Positions 16,873-26,533 are shown, counted from the stretch's first letter. The stretch is DNA of 64,000 nucleotides from Prochlorococcus sp. AG-388-B05 (GCA_003279925.1 QCGM01000008.1:6037-70036); one strand, 5' to 3'. The notes: generated from the letters alone by a model not told the origin. Numbers and translations are program-made.

Positions 16873-17151
16873 TTAACTGCCATGATGTCTACTATTTCTT
16901 CTGGAGCGATCTTTTTGCTCCGCCTTGTTAACTCTAATTTCTCTACCCATCCACTCGACATCTTGTAAATCATCAATCGCAGTTTTCTCAGAGCTTTCGC
17001 TAGTCATTTCAACAAAGCCAAAACCTCTTTTTCTTCCTGAATCCCTCTCCAAAGGAATTGTACATTTTGTTACTTCACCATAAGTCTTGAAAAGGTCTTT
17101 AAGGTCTTCCTCTTCAGTATCCCAGGATAAATTTCCAATAAAAATAGTCAT
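16873..17151 (-). CDS. rbp: RRM-type RNA-binding protein
   Basis: 92 aa. RNP2 is IFIGNL and RNP1 is RGFGFVEM, with a basic C-terminal tail. Confidence 0.9.
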   Translation of the reverse strand: MTIFIGNLSWDTEEEDLKDLFKTYGEVTKCTIPLERDSGRKRGFGFVEMTSESSEKTAIDDLQDVEWMGREIRVNKAEQKDRSRRNSRHHGS

Positions 17152-17291
17152 AGTATAAAAAATATTTAGTAAAAGATGCGATATCCAACCATATTAACTA
17201 AATATGAAATTTAAAGGCTTCTTATATAGATTATTGTTATCAATTATGTTTGATTTTTAGAGTTGGCTTCTAATTAAACAGTTTTTAAAAA

Positions 17292-17447
17292 CTAAAGAAT
17301 AAATTCTTTAGACATTGTTCTTAATTGATCTAAATTTAGTTTATTTAAATAATTTATTATTTCATTAGAACTTTCTCTCGATTTGAGATTTTGACTTTCG
17401 CAAATTAAGCTGCTAGAGATTAAATCTATAAGATGTTGTTTGTCCAT
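17292..17447 (-). CDS. hypothetical small protein (51 aa)
   Basis: MDKQHLIDLISSSLICESQNLKSRESSNEIINYLNKLNLDQLRTMSKEFIL. Confidence 0.3.
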   Translation of the reverse strand: MDKQHLIDLISSSLICESQNLKSRESSNEIINYLNKLNLDQLRTMSKEFIL

Positions 17448-17587
17448 GACCTCTTATAAGCCATTTTTTTATATTAAGAACTTAAAATCTTGAATTCCAA
17501 ACCTTATTACTAGGTTTGTTTTTACTGATTTTTCTATTATTGAGACTATTTATCTCTAAAAGTGGTATTTAAATTAGTTTCTTAATT

Positions 17588-17809
17588 TTATAAATTTTTT
17601 AAATCTTGATCTATTTTTTGCAATCTTTCATTTAATTCTTGCTTTTCTTTTAATAAGGATTTTTTCTTTTTTTGGAGTTCTTTATTAAAAGGTGAATTAA
17701 AGTATTTTTGATAAGCCAGAAAAAATACAGCTAACGCTACAACAATACCAAGTGCTCCAATTATTAATAAAGGTGATGATGGGAAATCATAAAAAGGTAC
17801 TGAAGGCAT
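17588..17809 (-). CDS. single-TM protein with a charged coiled tail (73 aa)
   Basis: Track ORF with a TM helix (LLIIGALGIVVALAVFFLAY) followed by a K/E-rich helix. Confidence 0.45.
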   Translation of the reverse strand: MPSVPFYDFPSSPLLIIGALGIVVALAVFFLAYQKYFNSPFNKELQKKKKSLLKEKQELNERLQKIDQDLKNL

Positions 17810-18023
17810 TTTCTATATAAAGTTCTATCTTAGCTTTTTTTTGATTTAAATAATATAAGGTAAATACCTAATATTTTATTTATCTAGTTTTTGAGATTAA
17901 TAAAAAAGTCTTATTCAATTAAACAGAGAAATTTTCTAAAGTTGCTTATTAATAATCCTTCCATATATAAAATGAGTAATTCTACAGGTGCCAAATAGAT
18001 AATGACCAATAATTATTAATATA

Positions 18024-18368
18024 GTGAATATATTGTTGATGAAGAAAATAGTTAAAGAAGAGAGTAAAAATACATCTGAATTATGGTTTAATTGGTTGAC
18101 TAGAAAACTAAATTCTTATGAGGCTTTTAAAGACTTTGCTTCAGGTCAAACTCCTGAAGATGTAGCAGAGAATTTTGTTGCAATTAATAGTTTGGGGATA
18201 TCCGATATTTTTGATAAATTTGATGAAGAAGATAAAGATACACTTGATCAATTTCAAAAGTTATCTGAATGTGAATGGCATGTATTCAAAATTCTAAAAA
18301 AACAATTAGAGTTTAGAAATAAAGTAACTTTTGTAGATTTTAAAAAAAATAATAAAGTAAAAAAGTAA
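18024..18368 (+). CDS. hypothetical protein, ELWF-W / KLSExExH family (paralog of 29902..30168)
   Basis: 114 aa. About one third of residues are identical to the 88-aa ORF at 29902 over about 80 residues. Confidence 0.5.
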   Translation: MNILLMKKIVKEESKNTSELWFNWLTRKLNSYEAFKDFASGQTPEDVAENFVAINSLGISDIFDKFDEEDKDTLDQFQKLSECEWHVFKILKKQLEFRNKVTFVDFKKNNKVKK

Positions 18369-18632
18369 ACTTTATAAAACGCTTGAAATTTTTAGTACGG
18401 TTTAATGAACTTCATTGTTCGGTTAAGCCATGAAAATTAGGCTCAATGGAGACTATCTTTTTATTAGGTTATAAATAATTAATAGATATTATGAAAAACT
18501 TGATTAGCTCTTTCTCTGTTTTTAATTTTAAAAAGAATTTGAATAAAAATTTAAAAGTGAATAGTTTAAACCATAAAGAACATTTAGTTCATTACAGGAG
18601 GGATCTAGACTCTCTAGGTTGATAACCAAAAT

Positions 18633-18968
18633 TTAGATAAATTTTGACTTCCCATTTCCAGATTTACCAAACCCAAGCCATATAAACCATAATATCCAAC
18701 CAAACACTGGGATTAAATTTATAAATATCCACTCCCAATTCTTTCCGAAGTCCCTTAATCTCCGCACATCAATAGCAATTTGAGGAACTATACAAACAAT
18801 TCCATAAATGTTAAAACCAAATGTTCTTAAAAATATTGGAATAGTAAAAATGGATATAATAATGTTTATTAATTGAACGCGCCACCAATCAGATCTTGTG
18901 GTTTTGCTTTTAAAGTTTGTAGCTTTAAGCCAAAATTCTAGGTAGGCATTCAAAAAATTTTTGTACAT
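18633..18968 (-). CDS. DUF805-family inner membrane protein
   Basis: 111 aa. RSDWWRVQL..., IAIDVRRLRDFGKNWEW and the TM pattern match DUF805. Confidence 0.65.
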   Translation of the reverse strand: MYKNFLNAYLEFWLKATNFKSKTTRSDWWRVQLINIIISIFTIPIFLRTFGFNIYGIVCIVPQIAIDVRRLRDFGKNWEWIFINLIPVFGWILWFIWLGFGKSGNGKSKFI

Positions 18969-19052
18969 AAACTTTAAATTTAATTATTTATTAAATAAAA
19001 ATTATTAACTAAAGAACATTCGCTTAAGAGAATTAATTTTTTTGCCTTTAAT

Positions 19053-19217
19053 TTAAATAGGATCGAATAAATTTACGTTGTTTTTAATTATTTTTTGATT
19101 TTTATTTTGATTTGGTAATGAACAAAAGCCGTCCTTACAAATAATATTTTCTTTTTCAATTTTCAATGACTGGGGGAAAGCATCATCTTTTGAATTATTT
19201 GAAGATTCAATTTGCAT
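19053..19217 (-). CDS. hypothetical small protein (54 aa)
   Basis: MQIESSNNSKDDAFPQSLKIEKENIICKDGFCSLPNQNKNQKIIKNNVNLFDPI. Confidence 0.3.
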   Translation of the reverse strand: MQIESSNNSKDDAFPQSLKIEKENIICKDGFCSLPNQNKNQKIIKNNVNLFDPI

Positions 19218-19298
19218 TTATATAAAATCAACAGAGACATTATTAAATTAATAACTAAATTTATTTGTATAGGCAACTAAATTAATAATAATTATCTT

Positions 19299-19397
19299 TT
19301 ACTTCTTTTTTTGATTTGGAAGGTCTCTCCAAAATAGAGCCATTACATAAATAAATAAAGAAATAGAAAAAATATAAAGTAGAGAATTAAGATGCAT
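19299..19397 (-). CDS. micro-ORF, single-TM peptide (32 aa)
   Basis: MHLNSLLYIFSISLFIYVMALFWRDLPNQKKK. Confidence 0.2.
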   Translation of the reverse strand: MHLNSLLYIFSISLFIYVMALFWRDLPNQKKK

Positions 19398-19723
19398 TTT
19401 TATCTTTCGTCGGAATAGACTTATTAAAACAAAATATTAATCCAACTAATGAGTAATTTCTATTTTAAACATAATTTATAGTCTGATTTCTTCTAATTTA
19501 TAAAATTTGCATGACCAATAAAAGGAAATAAAAAAAATTATTTGGTTTTTTTACTCATTTCTTTGAGAGCCTCATTACCTTCTTTAAGCGTTTTAGTTAT
19601 TAACCAATAAATAAAGAGGAGAATTAAGGTGGCTAATAGTATAAGTGAAGTAGTCAATCGAATTTGTAATATTTAATTTAAATTCTCAAAATATTTAAAA
19701 ATCATTATTTCAAAAAATTGGAA

Positions 19724-19903
19724 TTAATTCTTAGCGCTTGAATACGCCGGGATCATCATTCCTCCATCTTGATCATCATTATCATCATCAAATCCACCAC
19801 CAAGAAAAAACTCAACCAAAACTAATATTGCTATAGGGTAAAAACACCATAAGATTGCTGAAAAAGGGCTTATTGAAGAGGTTGTCGAGTAAATTTCTGT
19901 CAT
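19724..19903 (-). CDS. small TM protein with an acidic DDDNDDQDGG tail (59 aa)
   Basis: MTEIYSTTSSISPFSAILWCFYPIAILVLVEFFLGGGFDDDNDDQDGGMMIPAYSSAKN. It shares the 17-mer gatgatcaagatggagg with the 21066 ORF. Confidence 0.45.
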   Translation of the reverse strand: MTEIYSTTSSISPFSAILWCFYPIAILVLVEFFLGGGFDDDNDDQDGGMMIPAYSSAKN

Positions 19904-20207
19904 AAAATTACTTTAATCAAAAAAAAAGTTAATTGTGGATATTTTGATCTGTATTATCTCCAAGAAATTTTACGAAATACAAAATTAAAAACTAAAATAA
20001 TACCAGTTAGGAAAAGGCTCTAGAGAATTATTCTTTTAAAAATTCTCTCCTTATTTAATTTCCAAATATAAGTTTTTTATTTAAATATTTTCTACTAATT
20101 AATTAATATTGACGTCTTGAGCTATGTCAATGTAACGAATGTTACTTAACAATAATTGTGGAATTTGGATTCAAAAACTATTATTTATCTTGATTTTATA
20201 GTTTTTT

Positions 20208-20336
20208 ATGTTCTCTTTCACTTTTGACCCTTTAGCTGCAATTTTTGGTATTGCAGGATTAGTAGGTTTTGTTTTCTTTGTATCAGCGGCTAAAGGAACT
20301 TCAAGTATTAATACAAGTGCTAAAAAAGATATGTAA
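20208..20336 (+). CDS. micro-ORF, single-TM peptide (42 aa)
   Basis: MFSFTFDPLAAIFGIAGLVGFVFFVSAAKGTSSINTSAKKDM. I prefer it to the antisense 69-aa track ORF 20171..20380, but only weakly. Confidence 0.25.
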   Translation: MFSFTFDPLAAIFGIAGLVGFVFFVSAAKGTSSINTSAKKDM

Positions 20337-20406
20337 GTTTCAAAATTGAGAATAATATTAAATTTTATTTTAATTATCAATATCTTTTAAAAAGATTTAT
20401 CAAACA

Positions 20407-20598
20407 TTAATTATCCCATTGTTTAGAAATAAATATTAGAAAACTCTCAATGTCTTCTTCTGGGCAATTAGTTTGATTTTTTAAATTAATACATGTTTGT
20501 TTTATCGTTTCGAAGGCTTCTTTGACAGCTTCGTTTTTTTTGATAACTTCGAAATATTCCTTGTCAGTGAAAGTCATAAAAAATATATGTTTTAACAA
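20407..20598 (-). CDS. hypothetical protein (63 aa), paralog of 13995..14213
   Basis: Shares the CP(E/N)E-x-I-x2-F-x3-I-x2-QWD C-terminal motif. Confidence 0.45.
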   Translation of the reverse strand: MLKHIFFMTFTDKEYFEVIKKNEAVKEAFETIKQTCINLKNQTNCPEEDIESFLIFISKQWDN

Positions 20599-20665
20599 TT
20601 AATTTACTAATTTATATTAGCTTACAGAACAAAATTATTTAATTTATGGGAATATTTTTTTAAAT

Positions 20666-20944
20666 CTAATCCCCTAATCTAAAGTGTTTTTTTATACTTT
20701 TAATTATTTGCCATTCGCAAGAAAGTCCTTCAGGAAATTCAACTAAGTCTCCTGATTTAATTAAGTAACTTTCTTCAGCTTCAGTCTTAATTTTTGCTTC
20801 ACCTTCAATTATGTAACAAATTTCTTTTTCCCTGTAAATCCAAGAGAAATTACATGGTTCGCGCTCCCAAATAGGCCAATTCTTTATTCCGTACTGAATT
20901 ATTAAACTGGCGCTGCATGGCGATTTGATAAGAACTTTCACCAC
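20666..20944 (-). CDS. cupin-fold protein (DUF861/cupin_3-like)
   Basis: 92 aa. WPIWE...E.CYIIEGEA...GDLVEFPEG..C.W is the typical EutQ-like small-cupin pattern. Confidence 0.65.
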   Translation of the reverse strand: MVKVLIKSPCSASLIIQYGIKNWPIWEREPCNFSWIYREKEICYIIEGEAKIKTEAEESYLIKSGDLVEFPEGLSCEWQIIKSIKKHFRLGD

Positions 20945-21065
20945 AAAAATACCTAAGTACAGTCATTATAATTAAATTGTCAATTTAAATTATATTTGAA
21001 CAATGTTAATTAATTTACAAGTTTTTATTTATTTTTCTATTAGTATCTAATAAATACTTTTATTA

Positions 21066-21200
21066 ATGGACGAGCTTTCAGCCCTTTCTATTTCAATATC
21101 AATTGCTTCACTTGGGATATATTGTTTATTTTTTGCTTCAAGTGATGATGATGATCAAGATGGAGGTCACTTAGTAAAGTCGGCTCAAAAAATCAATTAA
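21066..21200 (+). CDS. small TM protein with an acidic SDDDDQDGG tail (44 aa)
   Basis: MDELSALSISISIASLGIYCLFFASSDDDDQDGGHLVKSAQKIN; paralog of 19724..19903. Confidence 0.45.
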   Translation: MDELSALSISISIASLGIYCLFFASSDDDDQDGGHLVKSAQKIN

Positions 21201-21201
21201 T

Positions 21202-21318
21202 TTAGGTAAATAATATATTTAATAAGTATTTATAACCTATAAAGCCGGCATATATGCATGATAAGAAGATTAAATATACTTCAAAGATTCCAAGTGTCTT
21301 TTTCTTTAAGACTTTCAT
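21202..21318 (-). CDS. micro-ORF, single-TM peptide (38 aa)
   Basis: MKVLKKKTLGIFEVYLIFLSCIYAGFIGYKYLLNILFT. Confidence 0.25.
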   Translation of the reverse strand: MKVLKKKTLGIFEVYLIFLSCIYAGFIGYKYLLNILFT

Positions 21319-21395
21319 ATTGAATAACGTTTCTAAGATTATTTTATTGATTGTTTTTTCTATTAACATGAGTATTTATTACATGGATTTAACTT

Positions 21396-22271
21396 TCACA
21401 TAATTATTAGATATAAACCTAAAAATAATAATGTTGTAAAGAAAATTATACCTTTAGTTATCTGTCTTTCTTCTTTAGTTGCGAAAAAAAGAGAAATTAC
21501 GGGGGAGGTACTAAGTAACGTCCAACCTATGCCTAAAGGAAGAGTCTTGAAAACAATTTGTTGAAGCAATATGCCTAAATTTGTTCCTAATAATATTGAG
21601 AGTAAAAATCTTTTTTGATCATTAAAATCTAATTTCTTTAAGAAAAAATTAATTCTAAATTTTTTTATTATTATTAAAAATATTATTCCTCCAAGTAACC
21701 TGATCTCTGTTGTTTGGAAAGGAGATAGATTGCTTTCTAAAAATACTTTTCGAGATAAAAGCCCTCCTAACACAGCACATAAAACTGATAAAAATGGAAA
21801 TATATAAATGCTTAGATTATTTCGTTCTGTAATGTTGGTCAAGTTATTAACTATAAGATTAGTTCTCTGCCTAAGTACAATGAAAAGTGAAATTGATATG
21901 ATGATAATACCTAGATAAGACTTAAATGCTAGGTTTTCATTAATAAAAATTTCACCAGATAATGAGGCTAATATTGGAGATAATGCTTCAATAGATAAAG
22001 TTCTTCTAGTACCAATTAGTTGCAATGACTTTATATAAAAAGTATCTCCTAAACCTATTCCTATAACTCCACTAAATAACAGAGTAATAATAGATTTTAA
22101 ATCATTTAAAACACTGAGATTGATAAATGCAGGAAGAAAAACTAGAAATGCGATTATATTTTTTACTAAATTAATATCTATGGATTTATACTTTTCGGTT
22201 TGTGAACGCCATATGAAACATGCATAAGTCCATGATATTGCTGCTCCGAAGGCCGAAAAAATTCCAATCAA
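21396..22271 (-). CDS. EamA/DMT-superfamily transporter
   Basis: 291 aa with about 10 TM helices in a duplicated 5+5 arrangement. Confidence 0.75.
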   Translation of the reverse strand: MIGIFSAFGAAISWTYACFIWRSQTEKYKSIDINLVKNIIAFLVFLPAFINLSVLNDLKSIITLLFSGVIGIGLGDTFYIKSLQLIGTRRTLSIEALSPILASLSGEIFINENLAFKSYLGIIIISISLFIVLRQRTNLIVNNLTNITERNNLSIYIFPFLSVLCAVLGGLLSRKVFLESNLSPFQTTEIRLLGGIIFLIIIKKFRINFFLKKLDFNDQKRFLLSILLGTNLGILLQQIVFKTLPLGIGWTLLSTSPVISLFFATKEERQITKGIIFFTTLLFLGLYLIIM

Positions 22272-22656
22272 AACTAATTATTTTAAAAAATTTTTACTTT
22301 ATAAATTGTGTTATTGCTAAAAATAAAACGTATAGAAGAATAATAAAACCCGGCAGATACTGTATTAAAGAGTTTAATTTGTTAGTTTCCATGATATTTA
22401 AATTTGATATTTATATTTAAATAATATAAAGTCTTCATACAGTCATTAGAAGCAGATAATTTAAGAAATTAACATAAGGTTTAATACTAAAATTTTGTAA
22501 GGTAATTTTATAAATAAGAAAATTCATAAGAAGTTCATCAAAAAATTTATATTTTTCATATTTATATCTGAAAGCAGTAAGTATTATGTTGAATCAATCA
22601 CCAAGCAATTACTTTAATTTAATAATTATCTAATATAAAAATAAATTATCAATAAT

Positions 22657-22809
22657 ATGGAATTAATTAATAGAAATGATGTTTCGCTTGGTCTTGCACC
22701 ATTTGACATATTAGGCTTTAAATCCGAAGAAGAACTTAACTTGGAAATTTCAAAGCTTATTAAGGCTAGAAGCGAATTCGATACAAAAAATAAAGTAAGT
22801 TCTAATTAA
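22657..22809 (+). CDS. hypothetical small protein (50 aa)
   Basis: MELINRNDVSLGLAPFDILGFKSEEELNLEISKLIKARSEFDTKNKVSSN. Confidence 0.3.
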   Translation: MELINRNDVSLGLAPFDILGFKSEEELNLEISKLIKARSEFDTKNKVSSN

Positions 22810-22838
22810 TACTTCTGAAAGTTTGATACAAAAATTTT

Positions 22839-23075
22839 TTAAAAATTATTTTTTCTACTTGGATATAAACTTTCTAACTTTCTTCTCCTTTCGGTCTTTG
22901 CGTTAATTCTCTCTTCTTTCTCTTTTTTCTTTATTTCATCGTTTATTTTGTTTTGTCTATAACCTATCCAAAGAAGTACCCAAATAACTGAAGTTAATAA
23001 CAAAAGAGCAGTATATTGACCAGTCATCGGAAAGCTAGCTTCAGAATATTTGACGTAGGAAAATAAATTAACCAT
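22839..23075 (-). CDS. single-TM protein with a K/E/R-rich tail (78 aa)
   Basis: Track ORF with a TM helix (ALLLLTSVIWVLLWIGY) and a charged C-terminus. Confidence 0.45.
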   Translation of the reverse strand: MVNLFSYVKYSEASFPMTGQYTALLLLTSVIWVLLWIGYRQNKINDEIKKKEKEERINAKTERRRKLESLYPSRKNNF

Positions 23076-23267
23076 CTAACTAAAATAATATATAAAAGAT
23101 ATTTGCGTGTTTATATAAACTATAAAATTTAAAATGTCTTTAATTTATTATTCTCCATATTTCAAGATAATTTAGTCTAAGAGTTGAATTTTTTATTTAA
23201 AAACGTTTTTTTTTTATAAAATTGAATTGCTATCATCAGATTAAGGAAATATTGAGAGCCTACATTT

Positions 23268-24512
23268 TTGAACCCTTTTGATTTAGTAGTAGTTGGTGGT
23301 GGAGCTGCAGGTTTCATGACGGCAGTAACAGCAGCCGAAAATGGTGTTAAAAGGATAATAATTCTTGAAGGCTCCTCAAAGCTTATGGAAAAAGTAAGAA
23401 TAAGTGGAGGTGGTAGATGCAATTTAACTAATGCATCATGGATACCGAGTGAGTTAGCAGAAAATTATCCTCGAGGTGGTATTAAGCTTTTGGAATCATT
23501 TAATCGTTTTGCAGCTGGAGATGTATTTGATTGGTTTGAGAAAAGAGGATTGAATTTAAAGATTGAAGCTGATAATAGAGTATTTCCAGTATCTGATTCA
23601 TCTTTAGACGTAATAAGTTGCTTAAAAAAAAATGCAATAAATAAAGGTGTAGAGATATCAACTAAATTTTTTGTTAAAGAAATTTTAAAAACTTCAGATA
23701 ACCTTTTTACTATTTTCAATAGTGAAAAAATTTCGATAATTGCAAAAAATATTATTCTCTCTACTGGAGGCCATCCTAGTGGACATAAATTAGCTAAAAC
23801 TTTTGGCCACAGCATAATAAGACCTGTTCCTTCCCTTTTTACTTTCTCCACAAAAGAAACAAAATTGAATGAGTGTAGTGGTGTCTCTATTAAAAATATA
23901 GATATTGAAATTCAACTAAATAATAAATCTTTCAAAAATAGAGGAGATTTACTTATAACTCATTGGGGATTTAGCGGCCCTGCTGTCCTTAAGCTCTCTT
24001 CGATAGCTGCGAGAGAATTGTTTGACCAAAAGTATAAATTTAATTTAATAATTAGATGGTCAAACCTTGAATATAAAGAGTTAAAAGAAAAAATTGATAA
24101 CCTGAAATTTAATAATGGAAAATTAAACTTAATTAATTTAAGACCTCTACCGTTGTTAACAAAGAGGTTGTGGGTGTTCTTATTAAATAAAATGGAAATT
24201 AATAAAGATAAGAAGTGGTCAGATCTTCTTGCAAATGAAAGAGAGAAAATGATAAATAGCCTATTGAAAGATAAATATATTATTTCTAGTAAAGGCCCCT
24301 TTGGAGAGGAATTTGTCACCTCTGGAGGTGTCTCAATCAATGAAGTTAATTTTAAAAGTATGGAAAGTTTAATATGTCCAGGTTTATTTTTTTCTGGTGA
24401 AGTCCTAGATGTTGATGGAATCACTGGGGGGTTCAATTTTCAACATTGTTGGACTAGTGGATGGCTTGCAGGACAGTCAGTCTCAAAGTTATGTGGCAAA
24501 GTAACAAATTAA
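23268..24512 (+). CDS. HI0933/BaiN-like NAD(P)/FAD-dependent oxidoreductase (TIGR00275 family)
   Basis: 414 aa. The N-terminal dinucleotide fold is DLVVVGGGAAGFMTA, the C-terminus has GEVLDVDGITGGFNFQ, and the start is TTG. Confidence 0.85.
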   Translation: MNPFDLVVVGGGAAGFMTAVTAAENGVKRIIILEGSSKLMEKVRISGGGRCNLTNASWIPSELAENYPRGGIKLLESFNRFAAGDVFDWFEKRGLNLKIEADNRVFPVSDSSLDVISCLKKNAINKGVEISTKFFVKEILKTSDNLFTIFNSEKISIIAKNIILSTGGHPSGHKLAKTFGHSIIRPVPSLFTFSTKETKLNECSGVSIKNIDIEIQLNNKSFKNRGDLLITHWGFSGPAVLKLSSIAARELFDQKYKFNLIIRWSNLEYKELKEKIDNLKFNNGKLNLINLRPLPLLTKRLWVFLLNKMEINKDKKWSDLLANEREKMINSLLKDKYIISSKGPFGEEFVTSGGVSINEVNFKSMESLICPGLFFSGEVLDVDGITGGFNFQHCWTSGWLAGQSVSKLCGKVTN

Positions 24513-24579
24513 TAAGTTTATCTTCTTTTTATTAAGTATTTATCGAGAAAAGTTTTTTAAACGGAGATTAATTTTAAAG

Positions 24580-25350
24580 TTGAAAAACTCAAAAAGAATG
24601 ATGCAAAATCTAATTCCTAAAAAGGAAGAAGAAGAAAGAAGGTTAAAAGCATTAGCTGAATATAGAATATTGGGGACTAAACCAGAATCCTGTTATGACG
24701 ATATTACAAAAATAGCAGCTTCAACATGTAATGTTCCGATATCTTTAATGACCTTAGTTGATAAAGATAAGCAATGGTTTAAGTCAAAAGTGGGCCTCGA
24801 AATTAATGAAACAAAAAGGGATTGGTCTTTTTGTACCCACGCTATTCAAGAAAATAGCCCATTAATTATTCAGGATGCTTTTCAGGATGAAAGATTTATC
24901 AATAATCCCTTGGTAACTGGTGATCCTAAAATAAGGTTTTATGCTGGGTTTCCTCTTAAAAATAGAGATGGTAATAAACTTGGGACTTTATGTGTTATCG
25001 ATCGGAAACCAGGTAATCTTTCTCCAAAACAATTCAATGTAATGGAATTATTATCTAAGCAAATAGTTTCTTTTTTGGAGTTAAGAAAGAAATCTCTCAA
25101 TTTATTAGAGGCTTTATCTAATTTACATAAACAGGAGGGTATATTATCAGTCTGTTCATATTGTAGAGAAGTCAAAAATAATGATGGTGATTGGATGCAT
25201 TTAGAAAAATATCTATCGAAAATAAGTGATATTAGATTTAGTCATGGTGTTTGTGATGTTTGTATGGAAAAACATTTCCCAGATGTTGTTGAGGTCTGGA
25301 ATAAAAAAGATTCTTTTCAGGAGGGACAAAAAAGGTTCCTGAAATCTTAA
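24580..25350 (+). CDS. GAF-domain sensor protein with a C-terminal CxxC...HGxCxxC module
   Basis: 256 aa. The GAF core is (ITKIAASTCNVPISLMTLVD...WFKS..G...RD.SFC.H) and the tail is CSYCREVKNNDGDWMHLEKYLSKISDIRFSHGVCDVCMEKHFP. Confidence 0.75.
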   Translation: MKNSKRMMQNLIPKKEEEERRLKALAEYRILGTKPESCYDDITKIAASTCNVPISLMTLVDKDKQWFKSKVGLEINETKRDWSFCTHAIQENSPLIIQDAFQDERFINNPLVTGDPKIRFYAGFPLKNRDGNKLGTLCVIDRKPGNLSPKQFNVMELLSKQIVSFLELRKKSLNLLEALSNLHKQEGILSVCSYCREVKNNDGDWMHLEKYLSKISDIRFSHGVCDVCMEKHFPDVVEVWNKKDSFQEGQKRFLKS

Positions 25351-25430
25351 AAATCTAAAAATTATTTTTTTACTGAAGGCATTGTTGGACGAATATATAT
25401 TTAAATAGCTAGTATTGTATAAAATTAGAC

Positions 25431-25922
25431 TTGCATATGTTACTAGGAACTTTATTTACAGGTGAAATAGCTAAAAGTGCATTAGTTGCTTATATCCATT
25501 ATCTGGGAATCATACTTTGTTTTGGATCTCTTTTATTTGAAAGGCTGACTTTAAAAGTTGATCTTAATAGAAGCCAAACTATTTCAATGGTTGTTGCAGA
25601 TGTTATTTATGGCTTAGCTGGGGTTGCAATATTGGTTACTGGAATTTTACGAGTTAAATATTTTGGACAAGGAGGTGATTTTTATACAGAAAATCCAATT
25701 TTTTGGATTAAAGTCTCTCTATATATTTTGGTTGGATTATTATCTTTATACCCAACAACAACTTATATTTTGTGGGCGATACCATTGAGTAAAAATAAAT
25801 TACCTGAGATCTCAGAAAAACTTGTAAAAAGATTTAGATTTATTATTACAACTGAATTAGTAGGTTTTGCAACTATCCCTCTTTTCGCGACTTTAATGGC
25901 GAGAGGCGTGGGTCTAGGTTGA
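25431..25922 (+). CDS. DUF2214-like membrane protein
   Basis: 163 aa with 4 TM helices. The N-terminus ALVAYIHYLGIILCFGSLLFERL is typical of the family. Confidence 0.6.
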   Translation: MHMLLGTLFTGEIAKSALVAYIHYLGIILCFGSLLFERLTLKVDLNRSQTISMVVADVIYGLAGVAILVTGILRVKYFGQGGDFYTENPIFWIKVSLYILVGLLSLYPTTTYILWAIPLSKNKLPEISEKLVKRFRFIITTELVGFATIPLFATLMARGVGLG

Positions 25923-25932
25923 AAAAAACTAT

Positions 25933-26469
25933 ATGGAAAAAAATTGTTTAATAAGCACAAATAAAGAATATAGATGGAGTTTAAGTTTTAAAATAAATAA
26001 ATCAAAAAAAGAGATAATTTTCATAGGTTTAAATCCATCCCTTTCAGATTTAAATTATAGTGATAATACAACGAGGAAAATAATCAAAATCTGCAAAAAC
26101 TATAATTATGGAAATATTAAAATAATAAATCTATTCGCTTTAATTTCCAAAACTCCGGATAAATTATTCACTCATAAGAAACCTGTTGGCTATTTAAACA
26201 ATAAGTTTATAAATAAAAGTTTAAAATACTGGTCTGAAAATAAAAATTGTCATTTGTGGTTGGGCTGGGGAAACAAAGGGATCTTTCTAAAAAGGAATTA
26301 CAAAATTTCTAAAAAAATAATTAATTTTTATTCAATAAAAAAAGATAATTTTGTGAATCCTTTAGGTCCGCTTTTTATAAAAAAAACAAAAAAACAAAAT
26401 CCTATACACCCGTTATATTGCTCTAATAATTCAGTACTTCAATCAGAATCTTCATTACATTTCTCTTGA
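25933..26469 (+). CDS. DUF1643-domain protein
   Basis: 178 aa. The pattern is IFIGLNPSLSD...DNTTRKIIKICKNYNYGNIKIINLFAL. Confidence 0.6.
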   Translation: MEKNCLISTNKEYRWSLSFKINKSKKEIIFIGLNPSLSDLNYSDNTTRKIIKICKNYNYGNIKIINLFALISKTPDKLFTHKKPVGYLNNKFINKSLKYWSENKNCHLWLGWGNKGIFLKRNYKISKKIINFYSIKKDNFVNPLGPLFIKKTKKQNPIHPLYCSNNSVLQSESSLHFS

Positions 26470-26533
26470 TGTAATAAGAGCTAATGCTATTCTTTTAAAA
26501 ATATGTTAACTTTTAGGAAATATAAAATACGAG

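Noticed and set aside
20171-20380. 69-aa minus-strand track ORF.
   Set aside because: It overlaps a plus-strand 42-aa ORF with a clean TM helix. The minus-strand product has an odd composition. I left it uncalled, with low confidence either way.
23465-24436. Two long minus-strand ORFs (128 and 158 aa) inside the HI0933-like flavoprotein gene.
   Set aside because: They are antisense shadows of a gene with clear FAD-binding motifs and carry no motifs of their own.
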